A stretch of 64,000 bases of DNA from Cetorhinus maximus (taxonomy: Eukaryota), in assembly GCF_964194155.1 (NCBI RefSeq), contig NC_135880.1, forward strand, positions 151,342,001-151,406,000. Reading direction: 5' to 3'. The translations under genes were made by a program, and so were the position numbers. Numbering within the stretch: position 1 is the first letter of the stretch; each line of letters starts with the position of its first letter. The notes under the pieces are model-generated. The model worked only from the letters and a program-made list of their open reading frames with translations, was not told where the DNA came from and made no database searches. Shown here in pieces: positions 36,243 to 48,239 of the stretch.

Positions 36243-36988
36243 GGCTGGAATTTTATGCGGCCCTTGTGGGCATGTTGGCAGGTTGGGCTGGGGGGGGGGG
36301 GGGAATGGTGGGAGTGTAAAATTGGGTGCCATAGCAGTAGTACTGTACTGTCGTCTGCCCATACCCATGGGTGTTTTATTTTTTTTGGGCGGCCTGCTTT
36401 TCATGGACCAATTGATGCCCTTAAGTGGCCAACTAATGGTCAGTTAAGGGCCTCCTCCCACCTTCCCTGGGAGGAGGCTGGCACCAAGTGTCCATAGGGT
36501 CCAGTGAAAGTTGGCGAATCCTGTGGCTAGGCTGGGGAGGGGACTGCCTCCTGGTCAGGCACCCTATGCCCATCAGAGGTCTCCTAATCCCCAAGGTAGT
36601 CCTCCCTATCGTGTTTTCCCTCCCACACCCTGCCCTGCAAAACCCTGCCCCCCACCCTCTTCGCTGATGCCTGCCAACCTGGCTCTGGTAAGACCCCGGA
36701 GTTACCTGTAAGCCTAGGCTCCATGGTTTCTCTTCTTCAGGGCAAACTGCATTCCCAGCAGTGGTCACCACTCCCAGTGGTGCTGTTAGGACAGAAAAGC
36801 TGCCGCTTTAAGAGGCGAGACTTCCTCTTGGATGCGGGACTCTCGGATGTCTCAAGCCAATTAAAGGGCTGAAGGGTGTTAAATAGCTGCAGGGTGATCC
36901 AGTAACATGGAAGTGAGTTCACCCATGATTTATATGCCAGAGAGAGTGGAGTCTCCAATCTGCCCCCCGCCCACGTAAAATTCAGCCC
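36243..36988. mobile_element. Harbinger-like MITE
   Basis: TIRs GGCTGGAATTTTA / rc GGGCTGAATTTTA; TAG on both flanks. Confidence 0.8.
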
Positions 36989-37879
36989 TAGGAGTGGATA
37001 AGACCAGAGCACCAGGAGCTGGTGGCTTTAACACAGAATAAAACCATTGTGAAAGCATCTAAAGGACCATAATTCAGGCTGGTAGATGGGGACCATACAA
37101 CCCAACAAGAGGAGTGCTCTGGTTCATGAAGGGAATAAAAGGAAAATAGCATATTATATTTATTTAAGTCCTGAATCTTAGCTCACTGCCATCCTACTTC
37201 TTCAATCTTCATCCACAGAGGTAACATTGTACATTTTTAAGAAATTCATTCATTAATCATTTGAGTTGCTCAGTGGAGTATCAGCCTAAAGCAGGGAAGT
37301 CTACTCCCTGAATAGAGAAATCTTACAAAGACAGATCTTCCAAGTTCAAGACCCTGAAATCTGCTTGAAATGCAGTTCAATAACTCTATACTTCCGGGTG
37401 CAGCTTTCAGGCCAACTGTCAAAATGTGGAGGATTTGTTCCTTATGATTGCACTTTTTAAAAAAAAAAAGCAATTTTCAGGCACTTAGAATCATAGAATG
37501 TTAGACTGTTCAGCCAAATAAGTTTCGGAATTTTTTTCTTGAAAAAGAATCTAATTGTACTCTAGCGCTCATTCCCCATACCATTTAATATTCCTCCATT
37601 TCAAGCGAAAGGAATTTATGAACTCTGTTTCAGCAATGATTTGTGGCAGAGCATTAGGTATTCTAACTGCCTGCTATATAAGGAAATTTGCTCTAATCCC
37701 CTTTCAATTCTTTCACCTTGTGACAATCCTTCGGAATCTTGAAGGCCTCTATCAAGTTATCCCTCAGCTCACAATAATAAAAAAAGCTTTAAATTCATAA
37801 GTCTCCCTTCAGACTTTAACTTTTCTTGCTTGCATCTAAGCGACTCTCTTGAGTGCCTTTTCAATGTTTCAACATGTTT

Positions 37880-38120
37880 ACAAGTCTGTCCACCTGCCCA
37901 CGCCTTGGTCATCTTCAGAATTGATTATTCCTCTGCTCTCCTGCATGGCCAGGTTCTCATCCTCCATTCTCCTAAACTTGAGCTTACACTAAATTTTGCT
38001 GCCCAAATCCTACCCTACAACAGCTCCCCTTGTCTATCACTCTGTTCACGCTGACTGATATTGGTTACAGGTCACCTACTGCCTCAAATTTAAAACTGAC
38101 ATCCAAGTGTTTAAATATCT
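37880..38120 (+). mobile_element. L2 LINE ORF2 fragment
   Basis: HALVIFRIDYSSALLHG..LELTLNFAAQIL (L2-type SRLDY.N motif region). Confidence 0.65.
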
Positions 38121-38124
38121 CATT

Positions 38125-39640
38125 TTTAAAAATTTGGTCAAGGGATATGGGCGTCATTAGCTAGGCCAGCATTTTTGCCCATCACCAATTGCCACTGAGA
38201 AGCTGAGTGGTGAGCTGCCTTCTTGAACTGCTGCAGTCCATCTGGTGTAGGACACCCACAGTGCTGTTAGAGAATTCCAGGTTTTTGATCCAGCAAAAGT
38301 GAAGGAACAGAAATATATTTCTAAGTTAGGATGGTATGTGACTTCGGGAACTTGCACGTGGTGATGTTCCAATGTGTCTGCTGCCCTTGTCCTTCTAGGT
38401 GGTAGAGATCACAAGTTAGGAAGATGCTGTCCAAGGAGGCTTGGCAAGTTGCTTCAGGGCATCATGTAAATGGTATACACTGTTGCCATTAAATGCCAGT
38501 GGTAGAAGGAGTGATTGTTTAAGGTGATGGAAAGGGTGCCAATCAAGTGGGCTGCTCTGTCCTGGATAGTGTCAAGCTTCTTATGTGTTGGAGCTGCATT
38601 CATCCAGACAAGTGATAGTGTTCCATCCTACTCCTGCCTTTTAGGTGGTGGGCAGGTTTTGGGGCGGTCAGGAGATGAGTCAATCACCACTGAATTCCCA
38701 GCCTCTGGCTTGGTCTTGTAGCCACAGTATTTATATGGCAGGTCCAGATCAGTTTCTGGTCAATGATAACCCAGGATGAAGGTGCTGGGGGTTCAGCATT
38801 CGTATTGCCATTGAACATCAAGGGGAGATGGTTAGATTCTCTTTTGTTGAAGATGGTCATTGTCTGGCACTTGTGTGGCGTAAATGTTACTTGCCCTTAT
38901 TAGCCCAAGTCCAAATGTTGGCCACGTCTTGTAGCATGAGGACATGGTCTATTTTAGTATCTGAGGAGTTGAAAATGCTATTGAACACCATGCAATCATC
39001 AGTGAACATCTCCACTTCTGACTTTATGTTGGAAGGATGGTCATTGATAAAGCAGCTGAAAATAGTTGGACCGAGGACACTACACCAAGAAATTCCTGCA
39101 GCAATGTCCTGGGCTAAGGTGATTGACTTTACACTATCACAACCATCTTCTGCGTGCTAGGTATGACCCCAAACAGTGGAGATTTTCCCAAATTCCCATT
39201 GGCTTCAATTTTGTTATGGCTGCTTGATGCCACACTCGGTCAAATGCTGCCTGCAGTCACTTTCAACTCACTTCTTGAATTAAACTCTTTTGTCCAAGAT
39301 TGTTATGAGGTGTGATTGTTATGACCCCGGCAGAGCCCAAATGGAGCATTGATGAGTAAATTATTGCTGAATAAGAGCCACTTGACAGCACCATGAACTA
39401 CACCTTCTATGTGAATGACTAAGAGCAGACTGAAGGGATAATTTGTCGGATTGGATTTGTCCAGCTTTCTGTGGACAGGACATACCTGGGTAATATTTCC
39501 ACATCATTGGCTCACGTTCTAGCTGCACTGGAACAGCTTTGCTAGGAGTGCAGATAGTTCTGGAACACACGCCTTCAGTACTACTGCCAGGATGTTGTCA
39601 GGGCCCATAGACTTTGCTATATCCAATGTCTTCATCCAGT
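38125..39640 (-). mobile_element. APE-RT LINE family copy (RT + 3' tail)
   Basis: Reverse complement of 12370-13737 and 14650-14780. Confidence 0.85.
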
Positions 39641-39884
39641 ACCCCAACAACCCCCCACTCATCCCCAAATTTTATATGAACTTATACAGACATAAATGCA
39701 CATATCTATTTTTCATCTGTTGAACCTCTTCTGTTCCTCCACTTTGTTTCCTGGGATGTGAGCATCACTCGCAAGGACAATATTTTTTGCCCAAGTTTAA
39801 CTGCCCTTGAATCGCCTTCTTGATTTGTTGCGTACTTTTTTATCGCTAGTTCAGTTTTTTCTCATTACTTCCATTATTCCTTCC

Positions 39885-40225
39885 CTTTGCATTCAGATGG
39901 TGGCAATCCAGCCATTCACAGCTCAACTGGACATAGCATTTGTTTCTTTACTTTACCCATTGTCACTCCCTTTGCTTTTGTACCATGAAATCTTTTGTAA
40001 TTCAAACTCCCCTGCAATGCACACTATTACAGGCCTTATGTTTTGTTCTTCCTTCTTCCTTGTCTTTTCACCTATTTCTATCCTTCTGCAGTTCTGATGA
40101 AGGGTCATGGACCTGAAACATTCACCCTGTTTTCCCTCACAAATGCTGCCTGACCTACTGATTATTTCTAACATTTTCTGGGTTTTTTATTTCAGATTTC
40201 CAGCATCTGCAGTATTTTGCTTTTT
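39885..40225 (+). mobile_element. Penelope family A pLTR fragment with hammerhead core
   Basis: CAGTT-CTGATGA-AGGGTCATGGACCT-GAAA-CATT at 40089-40122, followed by the TGCTGCCTGACCT..AGATTTCCAGCATCTGCAGTATTTTGC terminus. Confidence 0.75.
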
Positions 40226-40594
40226 CTTAAAGACTGGAGTTGACTTGTAATCTTCCATTCACTTACAAGTACAGGCACTAACCTTGGACCAGTTTATTGA
40301 CACATTGGAAGACGACAAGCAGAGAGAACTTCACTTCAAAATTCATAAGGTGTGCGGAAATGAGCTTATCTAAGGGATCCAATAACTGACACCATTAAAA
40401 TCCGAAATGGCTAATAATCCATCAAAACCAAATCTTATGCTGAAGGCTCACTGAAGTGCTAATGGGATGGCACAACTATTCCACCATCAATACTCAATAC
40501 TCTTTGTCAACTTCTCGCTGTGAAATATTATATTATATTCTGTACAATTTTAAGATCTGCATTTTGGAACATTCATTACAATAATTGCCCAGTA

Positions 40595-40940
40595 AAGAAA
40601 GAAAACTTGCATTTACTTGGCACCTTTCATGGCTTCAGGGCATCTCAACAGCCACTGAAGTACATCTGTATTGTAGTCATTTGTAATGTGGGGGAACACT
40701 AATTTTCACACAAGATCCAAGATAATCTGTTCTCGTGGCCAGGGTACTGGGAGGACTTCCCGGCTCCTCTTAAAATGCTACCATGGGATCATTGAAAGAG
40801 CAAATGGGCCTTAGTTTAACATTTCATCTGAAGGTCATACCTTCTCAAAACTGCCCTAAAGTGTCAGCCTGGATTACATGCTCATGTCTCTGGAATGGGG
40901 CTTGAACCCTCAGCCTTGGTAACTCAATGATAGGAGTGCT
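40595..40940 (-). mobile_element. Old Deu-domain SINE
   Basis: Reverse-complement Deu core and L2-type tail (GAAAACTTGCATTTA..GCACCTTTCA). Confidence 0.65.
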
Positions 40941-42071
40941 TCCACATTACTACCAGCAGAAACTATATTAAAACGTGCAAGTCTCGGTATCTCCAATCAC
41001 CTGCAATCTCATATTCTATTCTATAGTTCGTTCATTTTGATTTTCATTTCAGTTTTCATTTTCCAGCTTAGCATTTGCCTCCCAGATCCTCATGAGACTA
41101 TGAAATCACACCAGCATAGAAAAAGCATGAATAAATCTATTCATAAAAGAGGCCGCTCTTCCTTTGAGAAGACATTTCTGACTGGTCTCATTGAGTATGT
41201 ACTAATGAGGTTTGTCTGTATTTAATTACTTCAGCTTCAATTCATTTAGCTACATATACACAGTGGCTTTCTCCAAGCATTTGCTGTGCACTTGTACAGG
41301 CAGCTGACCTTTGGCTTTTTATCCTCATAACAGAAATTCCAGTAGAAAATGGAATTTATTTAGGTCATGCTGAAGAGATTTGATGCTTACCTTGGGCTAT
41401 GGTTTGTCAGATATAATAAGGGTTTCCATTTTCACCCATAAATTAATACTGATTCATTAGCAACTGCCTAAGGGAAGTTTTTTTGGCCCTGTAATTTTAC
41501 TAGAAGATTAATCAGATGCGATCTGATCTAAACTCATCATCTGATTTATCTGGATGACAATTAATCCCAGGTCAAAATGTTTTTTTTTGTTGAGATTTAT
41601 GTTAAGAGACAGTCACCATCAGAAAGTGTCTTCTTTCACCTTGCAGAAGTAAATTAGAACTATAACCTTTGACCAGTATTCCATTAAGCTAAGTTGTGGT
41701 GAATGTTTTGTTAAAACTTCATGGACCTGAACAAGTTTTGGTGAGAGAACTATCCCTCCTGCCGAAACAACAATCCAAAATATTCCCAATGTTTATAACT
41801 TGAAATTTCATTCAATTAAAACTGCAAAAAAAGCAAGTTGTGAAGCACTTCTCCATGCCATTATTCTCCGCTGTGAGATATTGTACTCTGTTATGATAAG
41901 AGGAAGTTGAAAAACAAGCATCACAGTAACCTTTTAATCAGATAATCATGTTTGCCAAAAGCATATTCAGCTGATTTGACACCCCAGCATACGTATTTTG
42001 CTGCTGGAGGAGTGGGGAAAAGAGAGCAAAAAGGAGAACAATACTTTTTTAAAAAGGCTTCAAAACAAGGT

Positions 42072-42311
42072 AACAGCAAAATACTGCGGATGCTGGAAAT
42101 CTGAAATAAAAACAGAAAAATGCTGGAAAAACTCAGCAGGTCTGACAGCATCTGCGGAGAGAGAAACAGTTTTGTTAACATTTCAAGACTGCATGACTCT
42201 TCTTCAGAGTCTCTGTTTCTGACAGCATCTGTGGGGAGAGAAATTCTGTTTCTCTCTCCTCAGGTGCTGTCTGACCTACTGAGTTTTTCCAGCATTTTCT
42301 GTTTTTATTTC
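42072..42311. mobile_element. Penelope family A terminal fragments in inverted orientation, with TSD
   Basis: 42101-42170 is the reverse complement of 42245-42311; flanked by TTCAAAACAAGGT at 42059-71 and 42309-21. Confidence 0.8.
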
Positions 42312-42903
42312 AAAACAAGGTGGCTGGTGAGGTACAGGGTGGCTCTTTTACACTCTCTGCTGTAGAGAAGTAGGAAGGTTTTGTGAAATGTTAGTAAACA
42401 TTCAATGTATTCTAAGCTCAGCTATACCATTAAGAAGGCATGATGCACAGGAGAGCTCCATCTCCAGAGAAAAGGAGGCCAAACCAGAAAAACACACAGA
42501 TTAGCTAAGCTATCATTAACATTCCTCTTTTACTCCTTGAGTTCTAACAGTCAGATGAAGGTAAGGATAGGCAAAGGCCAAAAAGCAAGCAACTCCCTTC
42601 ACTGCAGATAAAATTAAGGGCAGAATCATCCCATATTTGCATTAAATGCGGTAGTGGGCGGGAAAAAGGACGTTTTACTAACCAACCGCAATGATGGTTT
42701 TCACACCATATCACCCCCTTCCCAGCATGTCCCGCCTCATTAATAATGCAATCTGGGGAAACACGCCGGGTCGCTGGTGGGGCGGCCTCTGATTCGCCCA
42801 CCCTGCCATCACCTCAGGCCTTCAGTAAACCGGGTGCTATATTTAAAGGCCGCCCCTGCGCAGAGCTAGCACTCTTCAAGGGATGGGAAGCTGCCGGGAA
42901 CTG

Positions 42904-44580
42904 ATGGCTGCCAAAGGGAGGAAACATACTGCTCCCAAATTTAGTGACGCCTCCATCAAGCGCCTACTGGATGCAGTGGCGGCCTGCCGCGAAGTCCACT
43001 ACCTCACCCTGGGCGAAGACCAGCAAACAAGGTCACCAATCCAGCAGGGGAAGCATTGGCAGGGGATGGTCAGTGCCAACGCCCTGCAAAAGAGGACAGC
43101 CACCCAGTACCAAAAGAGGATGAATGATCTCCTCCGTTCCAACAGGGTAAGTCACTCTTCTCATCACTCTCAACTCACACTCACAAACCCATCACAGGGC
43201 CTCACACCTCAAAGGACAACACCACTAACTCTCACACCTCCATCTGGCTCATATCTTCTGGAACTCTGAAGCATCCTCATCCTGTCCATTGGTCCGCTCA
43301 CCACAAACTTTCTACACAGTGCCACGTGTCCTGCTCACACTCTCTCCATCTGTTTTCATGCAGGAGAAGCTGGCTCACAACAGCAGGGGTAGGTCCTAGA
43401 CTGGGGTGGAGTGGGCCACATTAGGCCCTTCACTCACTTTGAGGAGTGTGCCATCACGCTGACTGGTGAGGATGTGGACCATGCCTGCAGCGACGGTTAA
43501 GTCGGCGGCAAACACCCACATGAGGATCCTGCACCACATCATCCCTCTCTCAACGTAATTGTGAGCGCTCTCTCTCCTGCTGCCATGCACTAATTATCTC
43601 CACTTTGGTTCACAGGGAGCTCTGCCAAGCAACCGACACCCTCAGCCATCCAGTCCCTCAGCTCCATCCAGGTCCTCACCTCTAGACAAGAGGACACCTC
43701 CGCCATTGGAGAGCTGGAAATAAGCAGCCTGGAAGACCCATCACTGCGCTTACCCACACCCTTCACCAGCACAGATACACACATAGATGGAACCTAGATG
43801 CAGAGCAGGCTCGAATTCACAATCTGGTGGTCACCACATGGGTAGGTGTCCACAGCAGGAGGGGGCAGGTTCAGCCAAGCTCCCCAGCACTCGAGGGACT
43901 CAGAAGAGACATCTGTGAGGTCCAAGTCAGATGACGAGCCTCTGGATTCAGCCTTCCAACTCATCCTGGAGAGCCAGAAAGCAGGGGAAAATCACACAGA
44001 GCTGTTGGAAGCTCTCAACAGAGTCGTATGCAAGTCGCAGGAGTGTGTCCGCCTGCTCTCTGATGAAGTGGTGCCCACATGTGTGTGTATGGAGGTCTCC
44101 ATGGGGAGGATGGTGGACGCCATGGAGACCTTGATCCAGCAGAACGCAGAGGTGCGCGCAGGCCTGTACTTCATCATGGTCACCATGAATGGGTACCTGA
44201 AATAGCAACGTAAGAGGTAAAAGGGCACCTCAATGTCCCTCCGATGCTCCTTCCCATCAAGGAGTCAGGCTGGGGCCCCCGGACACCCGATGGGAGGAGG
44301 AGTGGCAGATAGACATCCCAGGGTCATCTACTCAGGAATCCCAGAGGCTGTCCTCCCTCCAAGTCCCCTGTGACCCCTTAACCTCATCCTTTGTCACTGC
44401 AGGGGGAGCAGCTGGCTCAAAGGAGGACATCCAAAACAAGACAGGGGGCTCTGAAGGCCTGGGCTCTCCAGTGGACCCACACCGAAGTTATCAGAGGCAA
44501 CAGGGCTAACCACAGGCACAGGCTGTCTCCAACCCTCCTGCGAATGTCAGGGCAGCACCTAGAAGAAGTAGTAGGCCTAG
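42904..44580 (+). pseudogene. Intron-containing Myb/SANT-like DNA-binding protein pseudogene of the Harbinger element
   Basis: ATG at 42904: MAAKGRKHTAPKFSDASIKRLLDAV..VSANALQKRTATQYQKRMNDLLRSNR|GTAAGT (43147). Acceptor TTTTCATGCAG| at 43364: EKLAHNSR..TG(GG)..FTHFEE. Second intron ~43555-43615. TATATTTAAA upstream at 42838. Contains stops and frameshifts; 3' end approximate. Confidence 0.78.
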
Positions 44581-44599
44581 AAAAGTTCAGAATTTCTGC

Positions 44600-45460
44600 T
44601 CCCTCGTTCTTTCCCCACCCCCAGTCACACGTCCTTTCCCCTATCACTGTTGACCCCCTCTACTCCCCCGACATCACCTTCCACCTCCCCACCGTCACCT
44701 ATAAACCAGAACCCTTTTCTTTCCAGGAAGTGCAGGTGAACATGCACATTCCCTACCTTCCTGAGAATCCTACTCCATCCACATTGACCTCCCCAACCTC
44801 TTCCTTCCCACCCCCAGGGTTCATGTCTGCCTCCAAGTCCCCACCAATCACCCTCACCATCCCTTCTACCGCTACTGTTGCACTCTCACCTTTCCACCAT
44901 TCTGGCGCACTCTGCCCTCTCTCATACTCATCATCCCTCCTACCACAACCACCCTCAGTTCGCTCCATAGAAGGCAGTCATTGACTCCACAGACCCTTCC
45001 CTTGCATGTTCACCTGAAATCCCCCACCCTTACTCCCTCCTCCCCCTGGACTCCTTCCCCCCTCCAAACTCCTTCCTCCTGCTGGACTCCTTCTCCCGTC
45101 CGAACTCCATCCACACCCTGGCCCCCTTCCCCGCTCCAAACTCCTACCCCCTCCGGACTCATTCATTATGCCTTCCTACCCCCTCCTTACCCCAACCTCC
45201 CGAGTTGCTGCATTCTCCCCCATTACACACTCCTTCCCCCAGCCTCTCCCCGTACTCCCTCCCCCCTCCCAACCTCACCCCGAACGATACCTTTGTTTCC
45301 TCCCTCCCAACCTCACCCCCCACCCCGGTACACCTTCCTCTCCCCAGTTAAACCTAGGCCTTCACCTCCCACTCACCGCAGTACAACTTCCTCTCCCACT
45401 CACAGCTGGGCCTTGCTCTCCAGCACCGCACCACACCCCAACCCCCCCACCCAACGATCA
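44600..45460. repeat. C-rich low-complexity tract with degenerate ~22-bp repeats inside the Harbinger element
   Basis: Recurrent CCCCCTCC(A/G)(A/G)ACTCC(T)TCC units at ~45030-45160; strong C/G strand skew. Confidence 0.7.
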
Positions 45461-46794
45461 TCCATAGCAACCCATGGCTAAGACCGTGATGTCCAAGGGC
45501 AGATCCCAGGCACCAACAGAGACCTCCCACTTTCTGTGAGCTGCTTCGCGGTGAAGCCATGTCCACGAGAATTCACCCAGCACATGTGTTCCCCAGGGTC
45601 TGATAGCTGTAGGGCTCCAGCATCTTATTTTCCTTTGATGTCTATGATGCGAGCAAGGCCATAATGGTAAGTCCTGACTTCTGCATGTCCCATTTGCCAA
45701 GACGTGTTCTCGGCTGGCATGTTTTCCTGCCAATATAGGCAGTAAATTTGCCATGGGGGGGGGATGATTCCACCAAGCAGGTAAGATGATGAAATGCAAA
45801 TGCATTGAAATTAGGTTCCCGACGTCCGGCAGCGGGAAAGGTTGCCTGCCATTGACAGGCGTAGTGGACGACAGTGTGAAACCAATTTTTGGTCTTCTTG
45901 CCATATTGTCCACTCACGTCCGCCATAACGCCTGACTCCAAAGTGGGTGGAAAATTCTGGCCTAAGAATCATGCACCTAAATTAGTGATCGACAGATATT
46001 CTGAAAGGTATTTAAAAATCATCAGAGCCATGTGGTTATGAAATGCATACTCAATGTCTTTATGTCTTCCTTTTCAAATATCAGGACACTGTTGAAGACT
46101 AACCCACCAGTCTGACTCAAAAATGAAACCCAGAGAGGGGGCCAGAGCATTGGGGGCTGGGCCACCTCAGATTTAGCTCCAGATAATCCTACGAACCATT
46201 AAACTAATGAGTACTATGGCCGTGATTGGTTCAGCAGTGAGTGGCTGATCACTGCTGTGTCTCTAGGCTTTAGTTTTAGTCAAGTCAACCACCATAGATC
46301 ACTTGGGGATCCCTAAGTGTTAGTTCAGACAGCCTCCACGGAAGTCCTGTGGATGTAGGTTATGTAAATATGTCCCTAAGGAGAAAGAATACACATTTCA
46401 TCGGCAGCCAAATGGAAACATTACCCATGAGGATTTCTCAGTACCTTGGTTAGTAGGATGACTTGACACGGTTGTCTTTTTTCCATATATGTCAGATATT
46501 CAGGTTTTTAAAAAAAAATGAAGGCTCTCGGGTCCATTGAAATGGTAAAAGGAAAGGGGACAGTTGTAAAGTTGAATTGAAAGTACAAAAAAGATAAAAG
46601 GAATGTTGGCCTTTACCTCAAAGGCCTAGAATACATGGCCAATACCAGTTGTACAGAGACTTAGTTAGATCTCATGTGGAAGCACTGAATTCAGTTTTGA
46701 GCACCATTCATCAGCAAGAATATATTGCCCTTGGAAGGGTGCAGCCCAAATTCATCAGAATTACACCAGGGCTTATAATTATGAAGATAGGTCT

Positions 46795-48235
46795 ATTTTT
46801 TATTCTTTCCTGGGATATGGGTGGGCCTGGCAAGGTCAGCATTTATTACCTATCTTAACTGCCCTTGAGAAAGTGATTGTGAGCTACCTTATTAAACTGC
46901 CACACTCCGTGTGATGTAGGTGCACCCACAGTGCTGTTAGGTAGAGAGAGATCCAGGATTTTGATCCAGCAAACAGTGTTAAATTTCCAAACCAGGATGC
47001 TGTGTGACTTAGAGGAGAACATGTAGACAGTGGTCCTCTTATGTGTCTCCTGTCCTTATTCTTCTAGGTGGAAGAGGTGCATGTTTGGAAGGTGCTGTGG
47101 AAGAAGCCTTGGTGAGTTGTTGCAATGCACCATGTAAATATTACACACAGCAGCTACTGTGCACTGGTGGTGGATGGAGTGAATGTTTAAGGTGATGGAT
47201 AGGGTGCCATCAAGCGGGTTGCTTTGTCATCAATGGTGTTGAGCTTCTAGAGTGTTGTTGGAGCTGCATTCACCTAGGCAAGTGGGAAATATTCCATCAC
47301 ACTGTCGGCATGTGTCTTGTAGATAGTGGAAAGGCTGCAGAATGTCTGGTGGTGAATTATTCACTGCAGAATACTCAACTTCTGACCTGATTTTGTAGTC
47401 ATGGTACTTATGTGGCTGGTCCAGTTAAGTTACTGGTCAATGGTGACCCAGCAGGATGGTGGGGAATACAGTGATGGTGATGTTGTTGCATATCAAGGAG
47501 ATGTGGTTAGACTCTTTCTTTTTGGCGTGGGTCATTGCTTAGCACTTGTGTGGCGCAAATGTTACTTGTCACTAATCAGCTAAACCTGAACATGGCTTAG
47601 ATCCTGCTGCATGCAAGCATTGACTGCTTTGTTACCTGGTGTGCTGTGTACAGAACTGAACACTCTGCAATCATCAGTGAGCATCCTCACTTTTGACATA
47701 ATGATAGAGGGAAGGTCAGTGATGAATCAGCTAAAGATAATTGGGCCTAGGATACTACCCTGAGGAACTCCTGTAGTGATGTCCTGGGGCTGTCAGGATT
47801 GGCCTCAAACAACCAAAACCATCTTCCTTTGTGCTAGGTGTGACTCCAATCAGTGGAGAAATTTCCCTCTAATTTCAACGAAATTCCACTTTGCTGAACC
47901 TACTTGATGCCACACTTGATTAAATGCTGCCTTGATGTAAAAGGCAGTCTATCTTATCACTTCTGAAATTCAGCCCTTTTGCCAAGGTTTGGACTAAGGC
48001 TGTAACGACATCTCAAGCAGAGTGGGCCTGGCAGAATCCAAAATGAGTAGGTTAGTAGGTTAATGGTGTGTAACTGCTGTTTGCTAGCATTGTCAACATC
48101 ACCTTCCATCACTATGCTAAAGATTGAGTGTGGGCTGATACGGCATTGATTGAACTGGTTTTGCCCTCTATTTTATGGACAAGCCATACCTGTGCAGTTT
48201 TCTGTTTTGTTGGGTAGATGCCAGTGATCAAGCTC
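46795..48235 (-). mobile_element. APE-RT LINE family copy (older), preceded by a CR1 fragment at 46570-46795(+)
   Basis: Reverse-complement match to the RT and tail of the 10726 family; LVRSHVE-type CR1 fragment upstream. Confidence 0.8.
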
Positions 48236-48239
48236 TAGT

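Larger units (their letters stand above)
42618..45962 (+). mobile_element. PIF/Harbinger DNA transposon (3345 bp) carrying a decayed Myb/SANT gene; no recognisable DDE transposase
   Basis: TIRs GGGCAGAATCAT / rc GGCCAGAATTTT; TAA TSD at 42615-17 and 45963-65; Myb-like gene inside. Confidence 0.88.

Noticed and set aside
44391-45566. Pro/Ser/Thr-rich ORFs of 100-197 aa
   Set aside because: Products of C-rich low-complexity DNA inside the Harbinger element; no domain motifs.
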